From an uncultured Gammaproteobacteria bacterium (GTDB lineage Bacteria > Patescibacteriota > Microgenomatia > Woykebacterales > RBG-16-39-9b), in NCBI GenBank assembly GCA_964360785.1, contig CAYHXX010000002.1, positions 92,107-156,106 of the forward strand: a stretch of 64,000 bases of DNA, in the 5' to 3' direction. The notes under the pieces are model-generated. The model did no database searches and was not told the origin of the DNA. It saw nothing but the letters and a program-made list of their open reading frames with translations. Below, one piece after another: positions 7,869-16,601 of the stretch. Within the stretch, counting starts at the first letter, position 1; each line of letters begins with the position of its first letter. The position numbers were made by a program, and so were the translations under genes.

Positions 7869-8288
7869 CTAGTTTTGGTCGAGGATTTTATTAACTTCAC
7901 GATCGGCTTCGAAGTTTTTTTCTCTCGGAATGTGTTGATAACTAACTACCTGGAAATTCATTTCTTGGTTTCGAATCCTAATTATTTTTTTTGCAATCTC
8001 TGGATTTTTGATTTTGAATTTTCCAGAAAGTTGGCTAGCGACAAGGTTGGAATCAGTAAAAAACCTCAACTGCGTACTTTTTGCCTCTTCTCCCAATTCC
8101 GCTTGCAGTTTTTCCAAAGCAATCTCAACCGCAGTGTATTCAGCAATATTATTGGTTGCTATTCCTAGATATTTCCCGCAGATAAACCGCACTTTTCCCG
8201 CAGAATCGTACACTACCGCAGCCGAAGCTGCTTTACCGGGGTTACCACGTGACCCACCATCGGTATAAATACTAAGTTCTTGGTTCAT
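7869..8288 (-). CDS. rnhA: ribonuclease HI family
   Basis: YTDGGSRGNPG, TNNIAEY, DSNLV, HIPREKNFEAD. Confidence 0.93.
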   Translation of the reverse strand: MNQELSIYTDGGSRGNPGKAASAAVVYDSAGKVRFICGKYLGIATNNIAEYTAVEIALEKLQAELGEEAKSTQLRFFTDSNLVASQLSGKFKIKNPEIAKKIIRIRNQEMNFQVVSYQHIPREKNFEADREVNKILDQN

Positions 8289-8749
8289 TTTTTGAGAAGT
8301 TTAATCCGTCGGTAAGGCTCAACACCTTCTGACAAAGTTTCTATTTCTGGATAATTTTCTGAAACTATTAGGTGAGCGGCTCGCCGCTCACTGGGGTTCA
8401 TTGGTGCAAGGACCACTTCTTTTTTGTTGTTTACTTCCAGATCCTCGACTGCTCGGTTTACCATCTCTTTAAGGGTATTTTCTCTTTCTTCACGGTAGGA
8501 ACCAATATCTACCACAACTCTGGTCCATTCGGAGTCTTCCTTTTTGTTGTTGAGCATCAAACTTAAGATCAGCTGCAAACTTTCGAGAGTCTGGCCATGA
8601 TAACCAATCAACGCGCCGAGGTCTTCCCCACTAATCTGTACCTTAAGGCTTTCTTCTGTCTCTTCAACCTCAATATCTGCTTTAACTCCAATTTTTTTTA
8701 TTAATTCGGTCGCCTGCTCTTTGGCTATTTTCGAAACATTCTTACCCAT
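8285..8749 (-). CDS. jag: Jag/KhpB KH-R3H RNA-binding protein
   Basis: LIGYHGQTLESLQ and MNPSERRAAH; start reassigned to MGKNV; follows yidC. Confidence 0.92.
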   Translation of the reverse strand: MGKNVSKIAKEQATELIKKIGVKADIEVEETEESLKVQISGEDLGALIGYHGQTLESLQLILSLMLNNKKEDSEWTRVVVDIGSYREERENTLKEMVNRAVEDLEVNNKKEVVLAPMNPSERRAAHLIVSENYPEIETLSEGVEPYRRIKLLKK

Positions 8750-9450
8750 GAATGGATACCTCCTAGACCTGTAATTGTATACTGCTGATAAATACCTACC
8801 AATGTGCTCACCAACCAATATAGGGCAAGTCCAGCTGGGAATCTCGTGCCAGACCAAAGTATGATCAAAGGCAAAAGATACACAAGTTGACCTTGTGAAG
8901 AAGCCAAGGCGGTACTCAAATCCTCTTTTTCCTTACGTTCCACTTGACTATCTTGTTTTTCCTCGGGAATTGGTTCTGGAAGCATCATTTTTGATTGGAC
9001 TAAAGTTGCGACTGCTGTCAAAATTACCAAAACACCGGGTAGTGCGAAGGGTATAGCCTCTAGTTTAAATGTATTTGGTCTCACTAGGTCAAACCAAAGA
9101 AAGTTTGTGTCGATGCCACTGTGAATCAATTTTGTGAGGGCGTTGAAAAGTATGATTGCCAGTACCAGCTGTATTATCGGAGAAATACAACTAGCCGCAG
9201 GATTAAACCCCGCTTCTCGATAAATTCTTGCCTGCTCTGAAGCCTGCTTGGTGCGATCGTTGGGGAATTTCTTTTTGATTGCATCAAGCTTGGGCTTAAG
9301 CTCCTTTAGTACTTTGGATTGTTTTAGGCTGCTCTTGAGGAAGGGATAAAAAACGATCCGGCTAATAACACCCACAAAAATTATTGTGAATCCCAGATTA
9401 CCACCAAATAGTTTTGTTAGCGATGACAGCAGATTTACAAAAATATCCAT
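8725..9450 (-). CDS. yidC: membrane protein insertase YidC
   Basis: LKPKLDAIKKK, GFNPAASC, PAGLALYW. Confidence 0.95.
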   Translation of the reverse strand: MDIFVNLLSSLTKLFGGNLGFTIIFVGVISRIVFYPFLKSSLKQSKVLKELKPKLDAIKKKFPNDRTKQASEQARIYREAGFNPAASCISPIIQLVLAIILFNALTKLIHSGIDTNFLWFDLVRPNTFKLEAIPFALPGVLVILTAVATLVQSKMMLPEPIPEEKQDSQVERKEKEDLSTALASSQGQLVYLLPLIILWSGTRFPAGLALYWLVSTLVGIYQQYTITGLGGIHSWVRMFRK

Positions 9451-9456
9451 TTGTCT

Positions 9457-9678
9457 TTATTTTACGGGATCAAACCCCCCATCATTAAAAGGGTTGCAAC
9501 GCAGTATTCTGTATGCGCCCAGCAGGCTGCCTCTGATTATACCATAGCGACTAATAGCCTCATAAGTATACTGGGAACAACTTGGAGTGAATCTGCAGAC
9601 ACCCTGAAACAAAAATATTTTAGTTGATATGTATTTTTGATAGAGCTTGATTAATTTGAGAGCTAATTTCTTCATCAC
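9457..9678 (-). CDS. yidD: membrane protein insertion efficiency factor
   Basis: [10 protein letters not shown]...RILRCNPF. Confidence 0.96.
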   Translation of the reverse strand: MMKKLALKLIKLYQKYISTKIFLFQGVCRFTPSCSQYTYEAISRYGIIRGSLLGAYRILRCNPFNDGGFDPVK

Positions 9679-9955
9679 TACTCTTGGCGCAGCTTGGGTA
9701 AACTATTAAAATTACCTCCAGCTTACTGCTGGATTTTTCCAGTTCCGGTAAAAGCATTGCTTCCAGCTTGCGCCGAGTCCGATTGCGCAGCACGGCCTTG
9801 CCAACCTTGGTACTTATTATAAAACCAACTCGTGGGTTCTCTCCACTCGCAACATTCTTGCCGATTAATTTGAACAGATTTGTATTGACTTTGATATCTG
9901 GGTAATTGCGGTTCCACTTTGGTGGGAGTTTGAGTCGAAATTGAGAGGGTAACAT
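9620..9955 (-). CDS. rnpA: ribonuclease P protein component
   Basis: [21 protein letters not shown]. Confidence 0.93.
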   Translation of the reverse strand: MLPSQFRLKLPPKWNRNYPDIKVNTNLFKLIGKNVASGENPRVGFIISTKVGKAVLRNRTRRKLEAMLLPELEKSSSKLEVILIVYPSCAKSSDEEISSQINQALSKIHIN

Positions 9956-9960
9956 GAAAT

Positions 9961-10098
9961 CTAAACAGTAATTCTTTTGCGTCCTTTTGCAATTCTACGT
10001 TTAACTACATTTTTTCCAGAATTAGAGCTGGTACGCGCGAGGAACCCGTGTTTGCGGGCTCTCTTTAGCTTTTTCGGTTGATAAACTCGTTTTGGCAT
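9961..10098 (-). CDS. rpmH: 50S ribosomal protein L34
   Basis: Hand-translated [45 protein letters not shown]. Confidence 0.97.
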   Translation of the reverse strand: MPKRVYQPKKLKRARKHGFLARTSSNSGKNVVKRRIAKGRKRITV

Positions 10099-10183
10099 TT
10101 CGAGAGGCAGTATAAATTATCAGCTCCTAGGTGTCAAATTGGATCCTTGATATAGAAAGCTCCTCTTGGACCAGGTTGACGAT

Positions 10184-10192
10184 TGTGGATAA
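10184..10192 (-). promoter_or_regulatory. DnaA box upstream of dnaA
   Basis: TGTGGATAA = reverse complement of TTATCCACA. Confidence 0.85.
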
Positions 10193-10258
10193 CTCTGCCT
10201 ATGATGTTGCTCCTGAGCCATTTAAAACCTTTTAAGACTGCCCCTGCTTTAAAAACCA

Positions 10259-11629
10259 ATGGACAAAAAAGATCTCTGGAAATCTGTTCTAACAGAACTA
10301 CAACTCTCTATTTCAGCGGCCAATTTCCAAACCTGGTTTAAGGGTAAGACGGAAGTTGTCGAAATGAACGAGACTTTGGTTGTAATTGGCTGCTCAACTA
10401 CTTATGTTAAAGACTGGCTCGAACAGCGTTATCTCGGTCAGCTCAAAGCGATCCTAGATCGCCTAACAGAGGAAAACAACTCCCTTACATTTGTAGTCTC
10501 CTCTTCCTTGAAGGAAGAGCCCGCCAAGGTTGTAAAAAAGGAAGCGGAGGCAACTGATACTTTATTTGGGAGTGCAGATTTTGATCGGCTTTCAGAAAAA
10601 ATTTCCAGGGCCAATCTGAACCCAGGCTATAAATTCGAGAATTTCATTGTTGGGGGAAGTAACCAACTCGCCTTTGCCGTCTGCCAGGCAATTGCAGAAA
10701 ACCCAAGTAATTCTTACAATCCTTTTTTTGTTTATGGAGGAGTCGGGCTTGGGAAAACTCATTTGATACAGGCAGTAGGCCATGAAATAATTCGACGTTC
10801 ATCGGGTTCAAAAGTCTACTACTCCTCTTCAGAGACATTTACCAATAATCTGATGGAAGCAATCCAGCAGCGTAAAACTAAAGAGCTACGCGAAAAATTT
10901 CGTAGTGTTGATGTCTTGATTATTGATGATATTCAGTTTATTGCTGGGAGAGAAAGTACCCAGGAGGAGTTTTTTCACACCTTCAATGATTTGTTTGGTA
11001 AGGGTAAGCAAATAATCTTGAGTAGCGACCGAGAGCCCTCACAAATCGCAAAGCTCGAGGATCGGTTGCGAAGCAGGTTTAGTGGCGGCATGATAGCTGA
11101 TATTCAGCCACCAGATGCGGATATGCGCCAGGCAATTCTAATATCAAAAATACGCAGGCAAAACCTAGAGATCCCCGAGGAGGTTGTTAGATACCTCGCC
11201 AACTCGATCTCAACTAATGTTCGTGATTTGGAAGGTTCGCTCTTGCGGCTTGTTACTCAGGCAAGGGTCAACAACTCAGAGCTCTCCCTGGAGCTTGCAA
11301 AAAGTTTTATTGACCAACGAAGAGGGCGCAACCTTGCTGCTAAGGTCGCTCCAAAAGAGGTTATTGACACTGTTTGTAACTACTTTAACCTGCGCCAAAC
11401 AGACCTAAGAGGCACCAGCCGCGTTGCTAAGGTAGTATTGCCGAGACAAATTACCATGTACTTGTTGCGTACGGACCTGGGTATACAATACGAAAACATT
11501 GCTCGGGAGTTGGGGGGTAGAGACCATTCAACGGTTATGCACGGTGTGGAAAAGATAGAGACAAATGTGGAAAAGTCGGACAAAATTCGCGGATTAGTTG
11601 CGGATATCAGAGCAAAACTCTACAGCTAA
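10259..11629 (+). CDS. dnaA: chromosomal replication initiator DnaA
   Basis: YGGVGLGKTHL, IDDIQF, GGRDHSTVMH. Confidence 0.99.
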   Translation: MDKKDLWKSVLTELQLSISAANFQTWFKGKTEVVEMNETLVVIGCSTTYVKDWLEQRYLGQLKAILDRLTEENNSLTFVVSSSLKEEPAKVVKKEAEATDTLFGSADFDRLSEKISRANLNPGYKFENFIVGGSNQLAFAVCQAIAENPSNSYNPFFVYGGVGLGKTHLIQAVGHEIIRRSSGSKVYYSSSETFTNNLMEAIQQRKTKELREKFRSVDVLIIDDIQFIAGRESTQEEFFHTFNDLFGKGKQIILSSDREPSQIAKLEDRLRSRFSGGMIADIQPPDADMRQAILISKIRRQNLEIPEEVVRYLANSISTNVRDLEGSLLRLVTQARVNNSELSLELAKSFIDQRRGRNLAAKVAPKEVIDTVCNYFNLRQTDLRGTSRVAKVVLPRQITMYLLRTDLGIQYENIARELGGRDHSTVMHGVEKIETNVEKSDKIRGLVADIRAKLYS

Positions 11630-11797
11630 CGGGTTTATCCACAACTTATCCACCGAGTTATCCGCACTTGGAGTCGGTGTTTGTTCGCAACAACTAACCC
11701 GAAACCTCAAGCGCAAAACCTTGGTTTTGTCCACTTGTCCACAAGGACTAATACTACTACTTTATCTTTTAATTAATATTTACTAGTATGAAGCTCT
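11630..11797. other. replication origin oriC
   Basis: DnaA boxes at 11635 (perfect), 11646, 11658, 11727 and 11735, followed by CTA/ATA DnaA-trio repeats and an AT-rich unwinding element. Confidence 0.92.
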
Positions 11798-12898
11798 ATG
11801 CATTCTAAAACCACCACAGAAACATTTAGACAAGCCCTAAATATATGCAACCGTTTTATTCCTTTAAGACCGAGCTTGCCGGTACTAGCTAATATAAAAA
11901 TTGAAAGCCAAAAAACAAAGCTAATCTTAACGGCAACCAACCTGGAAAACTCCATAATAGTTGAAACTCCGAGCAGCGGGGAGTTATGGGAGACAACAGT
12001 TCCGGCAAAGCTGCTAGTTGAGTTTTTGAACTTAGTAAAAAGTAGTGAAACCAAGATTGACTTTTCCAAAGAAAAACTAGACCTAAATTGCAACGACGCG
12101 CAAGGAAGTTTCAACACTATTGCTTCTAGCGAATTTCCTAAAATAAGCAGCGAGAAAAAAGAGGGCATAAACATTGCACAGAGGGACCTGCAGACAGCAG
12201 TCCAAAATATTGTGTTTGCGGCCTCGGCCGATGAGGGTAAACCAGTATTAAACGGGGTGTTGCTGCGCACGCAGAGCAGTAAAACAATTCTGGTAGCCAC
12301 AGACAGTTATCGACTGGCAAAATACCAGCTCAAGGAAGACTATAATCTAGCAGACACAATTGTTCCAGCACGCGCTCTGAGTGAAGCAATAAAAATAGCT
12401 GGAGAGCTAGGGGAAGAAACAGTTACCCTGAGTGTTTCGCCAGAAAACAACCAACTCTTTGTTTCCGGAGAAAGTTTCCAGATAGCCACGCGACTGATAG
12501 ATGGAGTTTACCCTGCTTTTGACCAGATAATACCAACTAGTTTTGTTTGTGAAGTTACTGTGGCCAAGGATGCTTTTGTACCTGCAGTGAAACAAGCCGC
12601 CGTGTTTGCGCGAGATACGGGGAATGTAGTCAAGCTATTTATTACCAAGAAAACCGGGGTAAAAATTTGGGCAAGTACAAAGCAGGTAGGTGAGGGGACA
12701 ACCAACGTTCCCGCTGAGGTTTCCGGAGAAGATATTGAAGCGGCTTTCAACTCGCACTTTTTACTAGAGGGCCTGGAGGCAATTAACGGGAAGGAAGTAA
12801 AACTTAAATTGTCAGGAAGTTTAAAGCCAGCGCTTATTGTCGGCGAGGCCGATAAGAGTTTTGATTATATTGTTATGCCTGTCAAACCACAAAACTAG
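11798..12898 (+). CDS. dnaN: DNA polymerase III beta clamp
   Basis: ATDSYRLA, RLIDGVYP, IVMPV. Confidence 0.98.
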   Translation: MHSKTTTETFRQALNICNRFIPLRPSLPVLANIKIESQKTKLILTATNLENSIIVETPSSGELWETTVPAKLLVEFLNLVKSSETKIDFSKEKLDLNCNDAQGSFNTIASSEFPKISSEKKEGINIAQRDLQTAVQNIVFAASADEGKPVLNGVLLRTQSSKTILVATDSYRLAKYQLKEDYNLADTIVPARALSEAIKIAGELGEETVTLSVSPENNQLFVSGESFQIATRLIDGVYPAFDQIIPTSFVCEVTVAKDAFVPAVKQAAVFARDTGNVVKLFITKKTGVKIWASTKQVGEGTTNVPAEVSGEDIEAAFNSHFLLEGLEAINGKEVKLKLSGSLKPALIVGEADKSFDYIVMPVKPQN

Positions 12899-12901
12899 AA
12901 G

Positions 12902-14002
12902 ATGTTTTTGGAAGAACTCCGAGTTTTGAATTTTCGCAACCTAACCCAACAAAAAATTTCCTTTAGTGAGGGTATCAATGTTTTTTACGGGGACAATGCC
13001 CAGGGCAAGACAAACTTTCTTGAGGCAATCTATTTACTTTCAACCAGCAAATCCTTTCGTACCAGAGCCGATCATGAACTGATTACTTGGGGTCAAGAAA
13101 GCTCCAAGGTGGTCGGTAAGGCATCTTTCCTGGAAATCGAGCTCCTCATAACACAGAACAAAAAAAGCTTGTTGGTTAATAAGCAGGAAAAGAGGCTGAC
13201 TGATTTGATTGGTTCTTTTCTCACCGTCCTCTTTACCCCAGCGGATATAGAGATTGTCAGTGGTTCTCCCGATAAGCGGCGTCGCTTTCTAGATCAGCTT
13301 GGCTGTTCTCTTAGTCGTGATTATCTGGTAAACCTCGTCAAGATTAGCCGAGTACTTAGATCCAGAAACCAGCTTTTGTGGGAGCTTAAGCAGGGTAGAA
13401 ACGTCGATCTGTCGGTTTGGGATCTGCAGTTAGCAAAACTTGCCAGTCTTATTTGGAGGTTTAGGTTTGAATTAATGCTAGCTTTACAAGAAAGTTTGCA
13501 AAAGCTTTCAAAAAAACTCACCGGAGGGGAACTGAAAATTATTTATGTGACCCAGGCTAAAGGGGAGAGCGACAAAAAAATAGAGGAAAACTTTTTGGAG
13601 GAACTACAGCTACTGCGAAACGAGGAGATACAAAAAAGCCAAACCCAGATCGGCCCACAAAGAGATGACTTCAAGATTTTATTGGAGGTAGAGGAGGGCG
13701 CAAAAGTAGTGAGTAAGGATTTGAATACTTACGGCTCTCGAGGAGAGCAGCGCGCGGCTAGTTTAGCTTTAAAGCTTTCAGAAATCGAGATTATCGAACA
13801 TGAAAAAAATACTCGACCCACTCTACTGCTGGATGATGTTTTGGGGGAGCTTGACCAAAACCACCAAAAATTGCTTTTAGCACAGCTGAAGAAGGGCCAA
13901 TCTTTTTTGACAACAACAAGCATTGAAAGCTTTGGCCAAAACCTAATCGGAAAGTTTAAAAAGCTCAAAGTAGAGAAGGGTATAGTTACTATTGCTGATT
14001 AG
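12902..14002 (+). CDS. recF: DNA replication/repair protein RecF
   Basis: GDNAQGKTN, GSRGEQR, LLLDDVLGELD. Confidence 0.97.
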   Translation: MFLEELRVLNFRNLTQQKISFSEGINVFYGDNAQGKTNFLEAIYLLSTSKSFRTRADHELITWGQESSKVVGKASFLEIELLITQNKKSLLVNKQEKRLTDLIGSFLTVLFTPADIEIVSGSPDKRRRFLDQLGCSLSRDYLVNLVKISRVLRSRNQLLWELKQGRNVDLSVWDLQLAKLASLIWRFRFELMLALQESLQKLSKKLTGGELKIIYVTQAKGESDKKIEENFLEELQLLRNEEIQKSQTQIGPQRDDFKILLEVEEGAKVVSKDLNTYGSRGEQRAASLALKLSEIEIIEHEKNTRPTLLLDDVLGELDQNHQKLLLAQLKKGQSFLTTTSIESFGQNLIGKFKKLKVEKGIVTIAD

Positions 14003-15848
14003 TTTCTGGGGCAGTTGGTGGCTGCGCTTGTTCCTGTTTTGAATCCTGCTCCATCTGATTGAGCTCTTGTGGGTTGGAGGTAATCAGCAGGTGTTCGTGA
14101 GGAGCCGCCTGGACTCTGATAGCAACATGGTTATTACCAGCAAAGAATAGGCCTTCGCCGACATCGGCTGACAGTAACAAGTTGCGCTCTCCTTCTGAAA
14201 GATAGAACGTCTCGACAACCTGTTCGATTGAAGCAGAGGACTGCTTTAGCAATATTTGAATTGAAGAGTTGGTTACGATTGCTTTCCCAAAATCGGTTGC
14301 GAGGAAGTCCTCAACATCCTGAGTGACCGTGGTCAAACCCAGATAATATTTACGCGCTCTTTTTGCGATTGAGTAAATGAAGGAAGCGCTGTCCGGGTGT
14401 TTCATCATATACCAAGCCTCATCCACAAGTAGAAGTCTGCGTTTTCTTTCCTTTTTTACCCTCGTCCAGATGTAGTCAAGGATGATAAACATTCCGATTG
14501 GTCGCAATTCATCCTCCAGATCGCGAATGGAGAAAACAGTAAAGGTGTTTTTAATATCAATTGTCGAGGCCTGATCAAATATTCCTGAAAGTGAGCCTTT
14601 GATAAATTTCTCGATTCTCTCAGCCATGGATTTGGCTTCGGGCTCGGCACTGTTGAGCAGAACCTCGTACAGATCTTCCAAAACCGGAGGAGTCCTTGTT
14701 TGTGTATTTGGGTCTGGAGTGATCCCTTTGAGTTTGTAGGTTGTGATTAAGGCACGGTCCAAAATTGCATCTTCAGTTGGAGTCATGTTACCAAGAATTA
14801 TTCGGAAAAGGGAGTGCAGAGAAAGAATTTTTAGGCCCAATTCATTTTCCCCCTCAGTGTAAACCCCAGAAAGATCAAAAGGATTGATTTTCGAAGCCTG
14901 GTTTCCCGAAAATCGAATATACTCACCACCAATAGCTTCACACAAGGTTTGGTACTCGTTCTCTGGGTCGATGACTATCACCTCAGTTCCTAACATCAAG
15001 CTGCGCATCGCCTCTAACTTGGTCATGTAACTTTTACCCGCCCCGCTTTTGGCAAAGATGACACTGTTAGCATTCTCTAGACTGAAGCGATCAAAAATAA
15101 CCAAGGAACCATTGTGCTCGTTTATTCCATACAAAATTCCTTCGTTGGCGGTAAGTTCCGAGGAAGTAAATGGAAAAGTAGTTGCTAGGGAAGTCGTATC
15201 CATATTTCTGGTTACCAAGAGCTTATCAGTGAAAGTCGGAAGTGTGGTCTGAAAGCCCATCTCTTGCTGTAAGGTTGCGTGTTTTGACACGATCAGCAGG
15301 GAACCTAGTGTGGATTCGATCTGTTTAGTTATTGAGTTGAGTTCCTCCAGAGTTTCTGCTGGGATTGTGATGTAGAAAGAAAACTGGAAAAAGCGTTCAA
15401 TGCCAGCAACAAGTTGTTCTTGTAGTGATTGGGCATCTTCGAGCGCGATTCGGACAGCCGGGTCAATGACGTGACCTTTTTCAAAATCTCCTTGAACCGT
15501 AGCCTGCATCTCAGCGATCTTACGACGCAAGTCATCCAGAATACCCTTAGCCTCGACAGGATAGTAATAGAAGGCGATATCAAGTGTATGATCAAAATTG
15601 ATAATAGGTGCCAGCCAGTTTGCTCCAACAAAACGTGGGTAGCCGGAAATAAACAACGTTCGATAAAAGGTTTCTCCAACACGAACATGATCAAAATCCA
15701 CTTGCAGTGCTGGGGGTGCGATAATATCTTTGACGTCGACCATACCCCGGCCTAAGGTATTGCGTACCTTTTCTCTGGTTTGAGCTAGTTCAAGCTCTTC
15801 TTGAGTTGCTTTCTTATCTTTTTTCTTACCACCAAATAAAGACATCAT
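13989..15848 (-). CDS. virB4: VirB4/TraC-like T4SS ATPase
   Basis: AKSGAGKS Walker A, VIDPENEY, LLVDEAW, KRARKY. Confidence 0.92.
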   Translation of the reverse strand: MMSLFGGKKKDKKATQEELELAQTREKVRNTLGRGMVDVKDIIAPPALQVDFDHVRVGETFYRTLFISGYPRFVGANWLAPIINFDHTLDIAFYYYPVEAKGILDDLRRKIAEMQATVQGDFEKGHVIDPAVRIALEDAQSLQEQLVAGIERFFQFSFYITIPAETLEELNSITKQIESTLGSLLIVSKHATLQQEMGFQTTLPTFTDKLLVTRNMDTTSLATTFPFTSSELTANEGILYGINEHNGSLVIFDRFSLENANSVIFAKSGAGKSYMTKLEAMRSLMLGTEVIVIDPENEYQTLCEAIGGEYIRFSGNQASKINPFDLSGVYTEGENELGLKILSLHSLFRIILGNMTPTEDAILDRALITTYKLKGITPDPNTQTRTPPVLEDLYEVLLNSAEPEAKSMAERIEKFIKGSLSGIFDQASTIDIKNTFTVFSIRDLEDELRPIGMFIILDYIWTRVKKERKRRLLLVDEAWYMMKHPDSASFIYSIAKRARKYYLGLTTVTQDVEDFLATDFGKAIVTNSSIQILLKQSSASIEQVVETFYLSEGERNLLLSADVGEGLFFAGNNHVAIRVQAAPHEHLLITSNPQELNQMEQDSKQEQAQPPTAPETNQQ

Positions 15849-16573
15849 TTACTTTCTCCTTCCGTTGGGACCTGCACTGGAGGCTCACCCATGGTTGGCT
15901 GTAGTGCTGGTTCAACTATTGGTGTCGTGTACTCAGTAGTATTTAGGGCTGCCTTTTGCTCGAGCGAGACGTCAGGGTTGTATAGATCATAGAAAAACTC
16001 CACCAGTTCTTCAGTGGTGAGTTCGTGCGCTTTGACCCCAATACGGGAAACTTGTTTAACCAGATGGTCAACCTTTGGACCGAGATTTACCTTTGCTTTT
16101 TCCAAAATGTGCCACCTGTCTTCAACCGGAGCTTTTTTTGCAAAAAGACTTGGGATCGTTAGAGCCTGAGACAGTGTTGTGCCGGCGTAGGGAATGACAA
16201 TATAAAAACGTTTATCAAGAACTTGGTTTCGTGAAACTAGCTCCTTTATGAAATTTGAGTAGAGATTTATTTGGTAAGCGAGCTGTTGGTTAGTAGCTTT
16301 TTGCTCAGCCTCAGAGAGAAGTTTCAGATAATTTGAAATATCCATTCTCTTGGAGCGGACTATGACTTGAATTGGATAGGTCAAAGAGTTGAGTAAGGCT
16401 GCATAAGCAAAAATCATCGAGTCTTGCTCGCGCTCAGAAAGAAGGTCAAAATTTACGGCGGTTGTTTGTAGGATGGAAACAGCGTTACCGTTGCGAAGAA
16501 TGACGATATTATCGCGAATATCGTCGATGTCTAAGTGTTGCTGGGTAGATGCAATTGGTTTTTTGGCAGCCAT
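15845..16573 (-). CDS. VirB4-associated protein (TraC N-terminal-like)
   Basis: STQQHLDIDDIRDNIVIL, VNFDLLSEREQ; coupled to virB4. Confidence 0.8.
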   Translation of the reverse strand: MAAKKPIASTQQHLDIDDIRDNIVILRNGNAVSILQTTAVNFDLLSEREQDSMIFAYAALLNSLTYPIQVIVRSKRMDISNYLKLLSEAEQKATNQQLAYQINLYSNFIKELVSRNQVLDKRFYIVIPYAGTTLSQALTIPSLFAKKAPVEDRWHILEKAKVNLGPKVDHLVKQVSRIGVKAHELTTEELVEFFYDLYNPDVSLEQKAALNTTEYTTPIVEPALQPTMGEPPVQVPTEGESK

Positions 16574-16601
16574 AATTTTTAAGTTACTCCTTGGTCTTCT
16601 C

